From the NCBI GenBank assembly GCA_951406725.2, contig OX597815.1, positions 106,020,001-106,084,000 on the forward strand: a DNA stretch of 64,000 bases, given 5' to 3'. Position numbers and translations under genes: made by a program. This stretch comes from Octopus vulgaris. Lineage: Eukaryota. Below are positions 38,418-51,319 of the stretch, piece by piece (positions within the stretch are counted from its first letter, which is position 1; every line of letters starts with the position of its first letter). The notes beneath the pieces are model-generated. The model did not search any database. It had not been told where the DNA came from and saw only the letters and a program-made list of their open reading frames with translations.

Positions 38418-38629
38418 CCGGAAGTGTAATATATTACGCCGTGTTAAGAAATCACTATCAAGGTTTAAGATTCTAGAGATAGTTATGAATAATTAAATTA
38501 TAATTAAATTCATTGAAACGACTATTTAATATCGATATATACATATAAATAGAAATTGTGTCGTGAAAATGAGTCAATTGTTACAACATATCATATATAC
38601 CGAAAGCACTTAACGTCGCTAATGACAAC
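38418..38629 (+). promoter_or_regulatory. Putative promoter of the dynein gene: ETS-like CCGGAAGT (38418-38425), DRE-like TATCGATA (38530-38537), RFX X-box-like GTCGCTAATGACAAC (38615-38629)
   Basis: The motifs lie in a locally CpG-richer, repeat-free stretch 120-330 nt upstream of the ATG. Confidence 0.45.
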
Positions 38630-38749
38630 AAACATAATTTTCTTTCTCCTTCTTTTCCTGTGAGTTTTGTGCATAACTTTTAGGAGTTGTTTAGTATTTC
38701 AATGCTTTTATTTAACATTGAAGAAGGCTGGAATAAATAAGTCACAGAA

Positions 38750-39274
38750 ATGGATGAACGTCACTGGTGGGTGGCTGCTAAAATACAGCAAACGTTTAAG
38801 GTTGGTAAAACATTCCAACCTGAAGTTTTTGAGTCGTATTTGTCGCAGGAAAAAATCCTCGACCAACTTGATAAATTTTTTGAGGTGGATTCCCCAAAGT
38901 ATTTATTTGTATACAGAAATAGAAAAGCAACTGAAAAATCGGACATAACTTCCTCTCTTGTATTAAGCACAGAAACTTTGTCTTCTCTGGCAGAGTCAAT
39001 TGCTGAAAAAGACTTAATATTTCTTTATTTCCTCAGGAGAAATACAGATAATGTAATAGCTGAAAGTTCTATCTGCACAGAAATTCTTTGTGGTGAGATC
39101 AAGGGAAACCCATTGAAAATCTTTTCTCTGAAAATGTCGGAAATATTTTTACCGTTTTTCAAAAATTCTAAAAACTGGAGTAATTGTTGCGAAGACAGAC
39201 AAAAGACTCTTCTACAGAATATAGAAAAATGTTCAGAAGTTTTGACTGAATCTGGCAAGCATTTGCCAATAATG
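38750..39274 (+). CDS. Axonemal dynein heavy chain-like gene, exon 1 (MDERHWWVAAKIQQTF...GKHLPIM)
   Basis: 175 open codons, ATG|gtaatt donor (phase 0). Joins in frame to downstream DHC_N1-like exons. Confidence 0.8.
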
Positions 39275-39319
39275 GTAATTTTGAATATATTCAGTTTTAT
39301 TTATTTATATATGGTGTAT

Positions 39320-40740
39320 CTACACAAGTGTAACCACCGAGTTTGTTTCCTCATAGCTTTTAGAAAAAAGAGTATTTTTAAATGAAATTATCTGCAAGTA
39401 CGCTTTAGATGCTATAGATTCTAATTATATCAGAATTTGTTGTGAAAATGTTTTTGTGAGAATGGGGGTACATGAGTTTCGGAAAATTCACTCAAATTGG
39501 GTTTGTTTCCTCGTAATTTACTGAAAAATCGGTATTTTTTTTTAATGAAATTTTCTATAAATACCTTTCAGATGGTGTAGATTACGATTATATAGAAATG
39601 TAATGTGAAGCAAAAATTGGTGGGTGCACACACATACATATCTATAAAATGAAACTTGGAATTTTGAAAAAATTGTGATAGTGACATGGGTCTGCTAGTA
39701 TTGTATATTTTATGTGAAGCATAAGATCAAACGTAAAACAGTGTGGGGAGATATCTTATGTATTGAATGGTAAAAATACGGAGACTACGATTCTGAGAGA
39801 TGTTTTTTTTCAAAATATATTATTTTAAAATCAGCCCCTCCCTGACTTTCAGAATAGCAACACCTGCCTCACAGAAATAAGGAATGCATTTGTACACTTG
39901 TTCTCACTCTTCCTTCAACAACCCAAAAATATTGGTAAATTTTTGCCCGTCTCTTTATTAACGAGAATATGAAATAGTGTTCGCATCAATATAATTCTCT
40001 TTTCCTCACCATGATGTTGAACAAGTTTAAAATCATCTTAATTTGGCATTCCTTTATTTCTTCAATTTTATACATATATGCACATAAACACATACATATT
40101 ACTGACATACACAAATATACATACATAAACATAAGCAATCTGCGATAAGATGAACAATGAAACACGCTCAGTCACACATTGTCTCTCATGAACACGAGCA
40201 AAGTGAACAAGGAAACACTCAAACACACTCAAGCACTTACATACTTGAGTCTGTCACGAGCTGTTAATATTGTTTAGCCCAGATCAAGTCTAATTCAGAA
40301 GACCTATGATCGAAGGCAAATCGAATCTCATCCAGCAGACCCATAATCATGTCATCTTCTAATCTTCAAGCATAGTTTACTTATCCAAAGTATGCATTTT
40401 TTTTTTTCTTAACAAAAAAAATAGTTCAATGTGATATGAAGGATATTTGACTCAAAAACAGGTGACAGTCACATGTTGAACTGCTCTTAAAAAACTAGGT
40501 CACAGCATGCTTTTAAAGAAGACTAGATATGCAGAATTGAATCAAGATTATATTTCCAATTTTAGACGCTTAAGTATGGGCACCGATGAATAAATGTGAC
40601 AGGATATAACCAATAGCACTGGTTTTCAAGTAGCATAAACATTTCAAGTTTCATTTTATAGATATGTATGTGTGTACACCCACCAATTTTAGCTTCTCAT
40701 TACATTTCGATGTAATCGTAATCTACACAATGGGCTTCCT
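39320..40740. repeat. Unclassified repeat: ~160-bp tandem duplication (39340-39590) with an inverted partial copy at 40672-40727
   Basis: GTTTGTTTCCTC...AATGAAATT occurs twice; 39575-39630 is the reverse complement of 40672-40727. Confidence 0.5.
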
Positions 40741-41019
40741 AAATCTATATATTCTTGAAGTACAGAAATATAATCTGTGTTGCACCTAGAACATGGAAAA
40801 GTAGGGTAACAACTGCAGCGTTAGTTGTCCAGTTATCAGCTCAGCTTTCTAGCACAGAAAAGGTATAAAAAGTGCTTGGAACTGACGGGGGAGACATCTT
40901 GAATTGATAAACTCCATTGTGCATCATTTACATTTTAATCCTATTTAAAACATTGGCAACAAAATATAAGTAAATGTACAAAAAGATTTAGAGAAATATT
41001 TAATGAAGATACATCTTCA

Positions 41020-41520
41020 GAATGTCATTGTTTGCAGCTATAAATGAATGGAACAGTATAGAGGACTATTGGATGAATTATGTGGAACATTTAAGGTTTT
41101 TCTTTGCAGTCAATGATGTAGAAGAAAGAAGACAATAAGAAATGAATTATATTTTTGTCTGTAGTTGGTGCAGAAAATTGTTCAAGCTTTGAGGTCTATC
41201 CAATAATAAACCAAGTAAAAAAACATTTTACAAATCTGTCGGCTCATGAAGAAACATTTACCATGTTTCCAATAGCATGAGCCTTTTTTATTCTTTTGTC
41301 TATACAGAACAGACCAAGAGACCATATGCTAGTATCTTTCAACACATAGAAAAATGTCTGAGATGTGTAAATTTGGGAATAAATTCAATGAACTTCTAAG
41401 AGACAGGCTAGTGATGGCAGTCCAGAATGAAAGAATTCAACAATGACTTGCTCTGTGAAAAGACACTGATGTTAGAGACCTGCTTCAAAATATCCGTTGT
41501 AATTGAATCAACCACAATCT
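41020..41520 (+). mobile_element. Gypsy-type gag relic
   Basis: W..YVEHL.FFFAVN and CKFG....ELLRDRLVMAVQNERIQQ.LL.EK.L.LE motifs, with stop codons. Confidence 0.68.
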
Positions 41521-43759
41521 TCCAGGGACATTCTGAATGTCCAATCCTACCTGGAGATGAATCTAAAAATTCCTATCTGAAAGTATATGGTTGTAAAAAG
41601 AAAAAAATTCATACAGTGATGCCTACAGTTATATTACTGCTTTTCTTTTTTTCATTTACAGCTGTTGGACAGCTACTGTACTTTATTTACTCAAACCCTG
41701 GGTTCAAGTTCATCCAAGTGCTCTTTTCTTTATGTAAGGATGTAGTGCAGTGTGTTAAGATTTTTAAAAGTTTTACCAATGTAATTGTACAGTAGCAGAG
41801 TAATATAAATAGATTACACCTTTAATTCTATTCCATAAGTACATTTGTTTACTTCTTGACATCAAAATAAAAAACCGAAGGTAGAAGGGTTTATAAATAT
41901 ATTATAATGAAGAATATATTTTTCAAAAATGTTCTATCTTAAAATTGCACTTTCAGTGATATTTCACCTACTAGTACTACTACTACTACTACTACTTCTT
42001 CTTCTTCTTTTTCTTCTTCTTTTTCATCTTTTCCATAACTGAGAAGAAGGACAAGTCCAGGATGATTTTACATAACCTCCTTGACTTGGGTTAATATAAC
42101 AAACATCTATGACTCTGATTATCTCAGAATTTGGATGCCTGTAATATAATAGACTCCACTGAATAGTGCCAAAGAGCCAGATGTTAGTGTTAAACCAAGT
42201 GACAGATTTAAGACTACCACTCTACTACAACAAACATAGTTTATCCATTGGACTTCTGTACAGTTTTCCCTCTCGACCTGAAGCTGTAGTAAAAGGCACT
42301 TGCTCAAGGTGCCATACAGTCAGATTGAGTCCAAAACCATGTGACTGTGAAGCAAACTTCTTTCAACCATGTCTATGCCCACAAATTAAATTAATCTTTC
42401 AGCTAAGCAGTTGACTAACTGAAGGAACGTGAAGGATACAAATATTTGGATGGGTTGCTAAGTTGCAAGATGATAAACTGGTGAAACAAAAAGAAATGAA
42501 ATTGGTAAAAATATACCCTAGTATGGCTTTTGGAACAAAATTATAGAGAATGCATATCATAGTTTATCTAGTTGTAGTTTAACACCAGTTTAGCTATGAT
42601 TAAAGAGATTCTGGTCATGATAACCCCATCTTTGTTTTCCGATACAGTGTATCTAGGACTATATTATTCTATATGTACTTTCTTTCAGACAATATGATTT
42701 GATATGAAGTAGATTTTGCAACTATTTCTGGCAAGACAAGTAGCCACAGAAACACTATGTCTTTCTATAGCTTAATCCCTTGGAAACCTACCATTAATTC
42801 AAATTGAACAAGTACCAGCATGATTCTATTTCATACTGTTGTTGCTGACTGACCCTAATCCTAAACAAGAAGAAAATGTAAAGACTAAATTCATTCACAA
42901 AAGCAAATACTCACCAGTGAGTAAGCCTCTAAACAGTTAGTTGAATGGCTTGAAATAGCAGCCCAATTCTCCTCAAATTACACCCTAATCTTGAAAAGGG
43001 GGAGGACACACTAGATAATATATTTCTAGATACACAGTATGTGATCATAGCTGGAATATCTTGAGATATTACAGCTATATAACAGCAACAAATAATTTAT
43101 TTTAATTCTCAGTCCCACCAGGACTGGAAAACTATTTCTCTCTGTATTATAAGATATGATATAGCTTGGCATCTATCCTCAACCACTTTACATGGTGTAT
43201 TTTATCATGTCAATGTCACCAACACTAGAAAGCATGTTAACCAGATCTAAGGTGTCCCTTCCGTCCTGTATCAGTTTATATTTGCAATTACTGCTCTACT
43301 AGCTGGGCTGAGTGTCCATACTTAGAGTACTTCACTTTTTGTATATTGTTTGTTTTGTTAGGGGTGTCCAACTCCCTTGATGAGTTGCCTTCACTATAGT
43401 TCAGAAGCGATGTTCTGTGATGTAAGGTGAGATTTTTGTTATATATTTATTTTTTTTAATAAAAACAACTCAGATGAAATTATCGAAGATAAAAATGCAT
43501 TTTATTTTTTTTTAAAAAGCCTTGTTACTGTGTTTTGAAAAAAATTAAAACTTGCTCAAAGATACTAATATGACTTTTATATTTTTATTTAAAAAATTAT
43601 ATTGAGATATGATTATCTAAAGAAAGAAAATAAGATTTTAAAAAAGTACATCAAACTTAAGTATTAATAGCAAGTCTTTTTATGCAGGACACAAAAAAAA
43701 AGGAAGAAAATACAAGATGATAATGAAGCTTATAAGGCAAATGTAGCTTATACAATTTG

Positions 43760-45650
43760 TTGGATCAGGTAATGAAAGTCCCGGAGAGGGTCATAGCCTA
43801 ACTAATTAGGGAGAGAGTTAGTTTAGATGAGATGCAGTTTGGGTTTGTACCAGGGAAAAGCACCACTGATGCTATATTTGGGTTTGTACCAGGGAAAAGC
43901 ACCACTGATGCTATATTTCTGGTAAGACAGCTACAGGAGAAATACTTCGCCAAAGGTAAACCTCTGTACCTGGCTTTCATTGACATGGAGAAAGCCTTTG
44001 ACAGGGTCCCCCAATCCCTTAGCTGGTGGTCAATACAGAAACTAGGGATAGATCCATGGCTGGTGAGAGCTGTACAAACCATGTACAGAGATGCTGTTAG
44101 TAAGGTGGTGGTTGGCAATGAATATAGTGAAGAATTCTGGTTATGGGTAGGGGTCCACCAAGGGTCAGTCCTCAGCCCCTCTTATTCATCATAGTCCTCC
44201 AGGCAATAATAGAGGAATTCAAGACAGGCTGCCCTGGGAACTCCTCTATGTCTATGACCTTGCTCTAATTGCTGAGTCACTATCAGAACTAGAGAAGTTT
44301 CAGGTGTGGGAAAAAGGTCTAGAATCGAAGGGCCTTAGAGTCAAACTATTAAAGTAGGGAGGCAGACAAATCACAAATCCATTCTAGGTAGATGGTCCTG
44401 CTCAATCTACAGAAAAGGTATTGGTAGAAACTCCTTAAGATGTACCTGGTGTAAGCTAAGGACACATAAGAAGTGCAGCAATATCAAAAGAAGGCTAACT
44501 GGGAAGATCGTTTTTGTGTATGGCAAATGCTCAGGGGCAATAATCACTGTAAATGTGCAGAAAACAGCTTCCATCACATGCCAGGGGGAAAAGCTAAAAG
44601 TAGTTGAAAGCTTCTGTTACCTAGGTGACCAAGTCAGTAATAAGGGTGGATGCTCTGAGAGTGTAGCTGCTAGAATAAGAATAGCCTGGGCAAAATTCAG
44701 GGAGCTCCTACTTCTGCTGGTGACAAAGAGCCTCTCGCTCAAAGTAAAAGGTAGATTGTATGACATGTGTGCAAATAGCCATTCTACATGGCAATGAAAC
44801 ATGGGCCATGACTGCTGAGGACTGCATAAGCTTGCAAGAAATAAAGCTAGTATGCTCCGCTGGATGTGTAATGTCAGTGTGCATACACAACAGAGTGTAA
44901 GCACCCTAAGAGAAAAGTTGGACATAAGAAGCATCAGATGTGATGTGCAAGAGAGATGACTGCATTGGTGTGGTCATGTGTTGCGTATGGATGAGGACAG
45001 CTGTGTGAAAAAGTGTCACACCCTAGCAGTAGAGAGAATCTGTAGAAGAGGAAGACCTGGGATGAAGTAATGAAGCACAACCTTCAAATGTTGGACATCA
45101 CAGAGGTGATGACAAGTGACTGAGACCTTTGGAGATATGCTGTGCTTGAGAAGACCTGGCAAACCAAGTGAGACCATAACTATGGCCTATGCCAGTGCAG
45201 CATAACTGGCCCATTTAAGAGTACCCTTCAATCATTGGGCAATAAACTGCGCTTATGAAGACCTGTTGAGTCAAGTGAAGTCATTGTCGTGGCTGTCGCC
45301 AGTACCGCCTGATTGGCACTCATACCAGTGGCACGTGAAAAGCACCATTCAAGCATGGTCATTGCCAGTGCCACCTGACTGGCTCCCATGCCGGTGGTAT
45401 GTAAAAAGCACCATTCGAACGTGGTCAATCCCAGTGCTGGCTGACTGGTCCCATGATGGGGGCATGTAAAAAGTACCCACTACACTCTCGGAATGGTTGG
45501 AGTTAGGAAGGGCATCCAGCTATAGAAACTTTGCCAGATCAGATTGGAGCCTGGTGAAGCTTTCTGGCTTGCCAACCCTCAGTCAAATCATCCAACCCAT
45601 GCCAGCATGGAAAGCAGACATTAAAAGACAACGATGATGATGATGATATT
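43760..45650 (+). mobile_element. 5'-truncated RTE-clade LINE (RT, C-terminus, 3' UTR, (GAT)n tail), frameshifted
   Basis: MQFGFVPGKSTTDAIF, FIDMEKAFDRVP, GVHQGSVLSP and FCYLGD motifs. Confidence 0.93.
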
Positions 45651-46215
45651 ACACCTGTCTTCTTCAGAATTTAGCATTGTGTCAGTTAGCCACACCCATC
45701 TTCTGCAGAAGAAAGCATGTTGTGTTAATAAACCACACCTGGCCTTAAAGACATTAAAAGAAATAAAATCATTTTATTCAATAAGTATGTTTATATGATT
45801 TTATTCTGATACAATACTTCACCTTCCCAACCTCTCCTACTAATAGCGTTGCCCTGTTATCTTTCTATACTAGATTTTATTAAGATTATTCTTGTAAATC
45901 CCTTTCATTTAATGATGTATTTTACCTCTGCAAATATTTTTTCATGAAAATATGCAATCTGCACCTATTTTCATTCACTTAGACTTGAACCACTGCTTGC
46001 ACCTCTTCTTGACACTACTACAATGAGACAACCAAGAATGCTGATGCACTCGCTCTACCTGCTAGAGATGGCAACTAAAGTTTCCTACTGCCTTAAAAAT
46101 CAACACTTAAATAATGTAGTTTGAGGTGAAAAAATGTTTGTTTGTTTGCCCCCCCCCCCCCAAGATTTTCAGTATAAAGAGTTTAATTGAATTGGTTGTT
46201 TAAATTTATTTCCAG

Positions 46216-46364
46216 CAAATCCTGAAGATGCCCCCTGAAATAATGACAGTAGAACAACGTATGTGTACATCACCCACCAAAGTGTATGATATGGAGAATA
46301 AAGAACAGATTCTATCTGAATGGATTGCTAATATCGAAACAATTGTTTACAGTTCAGATAAGAG
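46216..46364 (+). CDS. Dynein heavy chain-like exon 2 (QILKMPPEIM...EQILSEWIANIETIVYSSDK)
   Basis: ttccag acceptor, phase 0. The donor is either AG|gcaagc (46365) or AA|gtagct (46401); both are phase 2. Confidence 0.75.
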
Positions 46365-48471
46365 GCAAGCTGATATGTTTACACTGTTATATTGTTATAA
46401 GTAGCTGAAGTAGATATTTAAGAATATATTGTATTTTCTGAATTAGATATTATGAGTTCTGTGTTTAGTTCAGACACAAAATTGTTTGTGTGCAGTAGAA
46501 TCCATTGTGTATTGTTATTGGTCACTTTTGGACAAAGCATTTTTAGCAGCAATAACTGATAACATTAATCAGAGGATATAAGAACATCTGAAGCTTCAAT
46601 TCTAATGAGTGAATGATTTTTAATTAATTTAAATAAGCATTTTGGGACCCACTAGTTCTGATTTTAAAAAAACTAATATCATTATCTGTGGTATGTATGT
46701 AATGTATGGGGGTACATATTTACACAATACTCCAATACTGCCAGTGACTAAGTTATCACACACACACACGCAAACACTAATATCTCCATTCCACCACCAT
46801 CACTTTCATAACTGCTGTTAATCAACATCACTGTACACCCTACTACATTTCCAAAGCTAGTGTAGTTTTTGATTTGTAGTGATTATAGTTGTTTATTTGA
46901 AAATTTTAATGGTAATATTCAGATTTATGATTCTAATAAGTAGGTTCCTGTGTATTTATTTATGTGTGTTGAGTGCCACGTTTTGGGATGACTTTCAAAC
47001 ACAAGCTCTCCTCTCTCACTTTCTCTCCCCTTTAGGCAGTTAAATCTGTCAAGTAAGTTTGCTAACTTCAGTATAACATATTCTCTTTCATTTTCTTAGA
47101 AGCTGTAATGAGGAAGCTATTGCATTTCAGCTAAGCAAAATTAATATTTCTCTTACAATTATTGTTTCATGTTAGTATGTTACTGTTTTCCCTTGGCAAC
47201 CTTATTTTAGCCATCTGCCCCAGACATCAGAACAAACTATGGTAATTTCAGTAGAGTTCCAACTAGCTGATAGTTAAATTATTTACATTGCAAGGGAAAC
47301 TTGGACTACATTAGCTACAAGGAAAGTAACCTATCTTAGTAAGTAGTAACAGAATAAAATTCTGCATGGGCTGTGTACTCTGCAAACAGCATGAACTCAA
47401 CATGTCTAGAAGAGTAGTAATTCTGATTAATAATCTCATGGGAGTGATGTTGACTTCACTAGTCATAGTAAAGATAATCAATCTAGGGAAAAGGTAACTC
47501 TGAAACTGATACAATAATGAACAGTGCTTCAGTTCTGACAGACAGCTTCTCTAGTGTAAATGATATTAAATGGTTGTCAATGACTAAGTGCATTTCAGAT
47601 ATTAAGTCTTTTTATATTCTGAGTTCAAATTCCCCTAAAGTTAACTTCACACTTTGTACTTTCAAAATTGATAAAATATGTATTAGATAAATTCTATGGT
47701 TGGTTCAGTAGACTATAATCATCTTCTGAAGAAATTTGTGAAAAAATCATTAGTTATTCATTTGAAAGAAGTCATTTGTTATTTATAATAGAAGGTATGA
47801 CATAGTGCTGGAGTAAAATTTGAATATAACCTCTTTTCTACTTGTATGTTGCCCTGTACTAGTGTAAGAACTCACCATTGTTATGATATAAAAGGGAGTA
47901 ATGGCTAACAGATTCCATACAGGATCTGTAGCATAAGGTACTTCAGTGTGTAATAGAAGCACTATCCCAAATATATGATCACTGCTCTTGATGTGAGTTT
48001 TGAACTCTGAAGAGAGGGTCAGCAATTGATCAAAACTGAAGTTGTTCTTTTTACCCCTTATCATCCCTGATCTAACAGGTCAATGGTCAAAGATATTTCA
48101 CCTGTGATATTCTTGTCTTTTCTCTTCCTGGAATATCTTGAACAACATTATCCAATATGTCCTTTTTATTTTATGGAGATTGTGATTTGAGGGAGATTTG
48201 ACTGCTGTTTCTAGATGGTCAAGTAACCATGTAGACCAGGCATGGGCAATCTTTTTCAAGAAGCTGGCTACACTCTAAAAAATTCAAGGTAATATTTTGT
48301 TTGGTGTACCATTCAGAAAGTCCCACGGATCACAATTTTCCCATGACAAATGTAGAGTTTCCTTCATTGGCTGAAATATTTTCTAGCCTTGAAGATGAAA
48401 CTTAGCCTTTGGCAATCAGTTAATATTCCATAAAGCTTCCCAAATGTGAAAAACAGACTAATATGTTTTAG

Positions 48472-48645
48472 GACATTGGAGAACAACTTGGGTCTACTGA
48501 GTGAACTGAAGAAATGGAAAAGGAAGTATGAAATTCTTGAAAACATAACTGAACAACTGAAGAGTAAAGAATGTAAATCAGTTATTTCATGTCTTGTTGC
48601 TGGACGCTCTAAAATGTTAAGAAAATGGAAATTCGTAGATTCTGG
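48472..48645 (+). CDS. Dynein heavy chain-like exon 3 (TLENNLGLLSELKKWKRK...ITEQLKSKECKSVISCLVAGRSKMLRKWKFVDS)
   Basis: tttag / GG|gtaata, phase 2/2. Matches the DHC_N1 pattern EL..W......L..I.EQLK......V...L....S.....W. Confidence 0.88.
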
Positions 48646-49394
48646 GTAATATTTTAATCTATTATTTTTCTACTCTTTTCCTGATTTCATTCATTGTACA
48701 AAAGGGCTTTAGTCAATCATATCAATACCAGTATTTATTTTATCTAATATTATTTTTCAAAAAGCTAAGTTACAAGGTTTAATGGGACACATCATAAACA
48801 ACACATATTTTCTTGGGCATGCACACATGCACACATTTATGTTTCTTTTTACATGAGGTTATGAATAAAAACAATTCAACATTAGACTGAAGGATTACTG
48901 AATACTTTTTAGTTTAATTTTTATGTGGAAAAGATTGATAGTAACTTTGAACTTTTGGCTTGAGAAATATAGGTACAATTGATCTAGAAAAAGCTAGTTG
49001 CATGGTATATTAAATTGTGAGTGGTATGAGACATGAACATCATTTTGTGGTAGAAAGAGCTGATAAGATTTGAATCATCTATTTATTACTTGCCTAGTAA
49101 GCAATATATGTATGAGTTCGAATACACTGCTATAGTGGCCTCTGTTCCTCAGACTAGCTGATCCTTTACCTCCACCATTCAGATAACTCTGATACATTTG
49201 TCCCTCAACCTCTTGCCATCCTTATTGCATTCACCTCCCCCTGTGCTAGCTACTTTTCCCAGTTCTCTCTCTCCAGAATATTGATCTTCTGGAATTTTCT
49301 TGCTGTTCATATCTTTGAAGCTATTCATAACTAAAGTGTGAGGTTATAATTTTCTCTCATACACAAAATATTTCTGTTATTTCTTCTGTGTTAG

Positions 49395-49599
49395 GATCTC
49401 TGAAGCAATAAATGAGTCAAGAGATAAAGTGAAATATTTAGAGTTTATTAAAAGTCATCTACTGGAATTACAAAATACATGCTGTCCAGAATTTGTGATG
49501 TACACTGTAATACCAAATATCATTGCTGCCATTAAAAAACAGAATTCTCTAACAAGACATTTTGCAAGATCTGGTTTCTTGACACTTCTTTTACAAAAG
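49395..49599 (+). CDS. Dynein heavy chain-like exon 4 (ISEAINESRDKVKYLEF...RHFARSGFLTLLLQK)
   Basis: gttag / AAG|gtaaaa, phase 2/0. Resembles the DNAH5/8-type EA.NEAKDNVKYL motif. Confidence 0.9.
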
Positions 49600-49699
49600 G
49601 TAAAAATAAAAATGTTTTTATTGATAATATCAGCAACAGGCTTCAAGTATAGAATAATAAGGTCATATACTAGTTTGTTTATATGTCTGTCTATTCATA

Positions 49700-50400
49700 T
49701 ATTGGGTCACCCCATAAATAATGTGGATTTTTATAGATGAATGAAGTTCTTTTTTAATCTAAAATATACTCTCCTTCATTTTCTACAATGCTCTTCCATC
49801 TATCTGGTAGACTTGCAAAGTCCCTCTTCCAAAATTTAGTTGTCCGTGATGAAAAATACTCCTCTAGCACTTCAGCTACAGAATTCATACTTTTTCGATT
49901 CAAATGATTTTGAAGACTACAGAATAAATTATTATCAGATGAGGCAATGTCCGTTGAATATGGTAGGTGGGGCATCATTTCCCATTCAAACTGATCCAGC
50001 CTTTGGAATGTCATCCTTGCTGTATGTGGTCAAGCATTATCCTGATGGAAGAACACCTTTTGTCTTGAAACCAAGGATGGTCATTTTTCTTCTAGTGCTG
50101 ACTTAAGCCACTCAAACTGTTCACAGTAGATCTCCTTTGTTATCATTTGGTTTGGGTTTAAAAGTTCAAAGTGGACTAAACCTTTTATATTCCACCAAAC
50201 AGATAACAACACCTTACGTGGCTGAAGACCTTCTTTAGCTTGGGGTGCCGGTGTTTCTCCGTTCCCTACCCACTGTCTTTGGCACTTGACATTTTTATAG
50301 AGAACCCATTTCTCGTCACCAGTCACTATTCAGTTCAAAAAAGGTTCATTCATGAGATGTAACAGCAAAGAAGAGCACATATTCACTCTCTGCATTCAGT
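49700..50400 (-). mobile_element. Mariner (Mos1/SETMAR-like) 3' half with one TIR
   Basis: TGDEKWVLY, KVLLSVWW and HLPYSTDIASSD motifs; TA|TTGGGTCACCCCATAAATAATG terminus. Confidence 0.88.
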
Positions 50401-50959
50401 TAGACTTGGAAAGTTTGTGATAGGATTTTGTCCGACCAGGGTTTGCTCTACAGATCTTCCAGAACATACTGGATCCTTTTTTTTCATAGCACCAATACTA
50501 ATGAAGTTACCAAGTAACTTGCAAGACAAGACCTCGTGACTGAGTTGGGGAGCAGTATTGAGGCAGGAGAGACTAAAGTATGATAGAGGGTTTGGCACAG
50601 GTGTCTTACTGTTGAATAACTATACCCCAGCTGGAAAGAGAGAAAGGATGAAGATGAAATGTCAGAGCATACCCTCAATGTACAAAAAGGTGGGAATAAA
50701 AAAGAAAGAATTGGGACAAGGCATTAACGGTGGACAGAAGCTTGCAAAAGGAAAGTGACAGATGATTAGAGATAGGGATAGAGGTGAACGCAGTGAATAA
50801 GAATGAAAATGCAGTCAATGGTGAATCACTAATTTCTGAGCATTTGTCAATCCAGCATGTATATATTGAATAAAAAGTTAATTTAATTCAGCATAAACAC
50901 TATATTCCTTATGTTTTCTTTTTGTTTTGTTTTGTTTTTGCTTCTTTTTTTTATCTTAG

Positions 50960-51103
50960 ATTGCCAACCAACTAGCTATTATAATAAAGAAGTTTATCAA
51001 GCTGTGTACAACAAGCCCTGATGGAGAAGATATATTTGGGAAACAAATCTTACAAAGTTGTTCTTTACATCTGCAAAAGAAAAACATTGGTAGCAAAGAT
51101 AAG
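50960..51103 (+). CDS. Dynein heavy chain-like exon 5 (IANQLAIIIKKFIK...GSKDK)
   Basis: cttag / AAG|gttgta, phase 0/0. The junction gives K|IANQL, similar to KITNQM. Confidence 0.82.
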
Positions 51104-51319
51104 GTTGTAATCATAATCTTCATATTTTTTCCCATTTGATATCAGCTTCTCAAAGAATGTGAGAGATTTGGTTTATTTTAAGGTTTGATAAAATTAAATC
51201 TTAAACTTGATTGTGGCATGTTTACAGAATGACATAGTAAGCTGGGAGAAAGGCTAGAAGGATGGACTAAAGCAACCTCCAGTGTTTAGATCCATGTCTC
51301 TATTGTCTGGCAGAAATGG

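Noticed and set aside
39275-39385. 3' tail of the 211-aa ORF as a single-exon gene
   Set aside because: It is read-through past the donor at 39275; the spliced frame continues at 46216.
48235-48290. hAT-like terminus CAGGCATGGGCAA
   Set aside because: I could not find a matching second TIR or an 8-bp target duplication.
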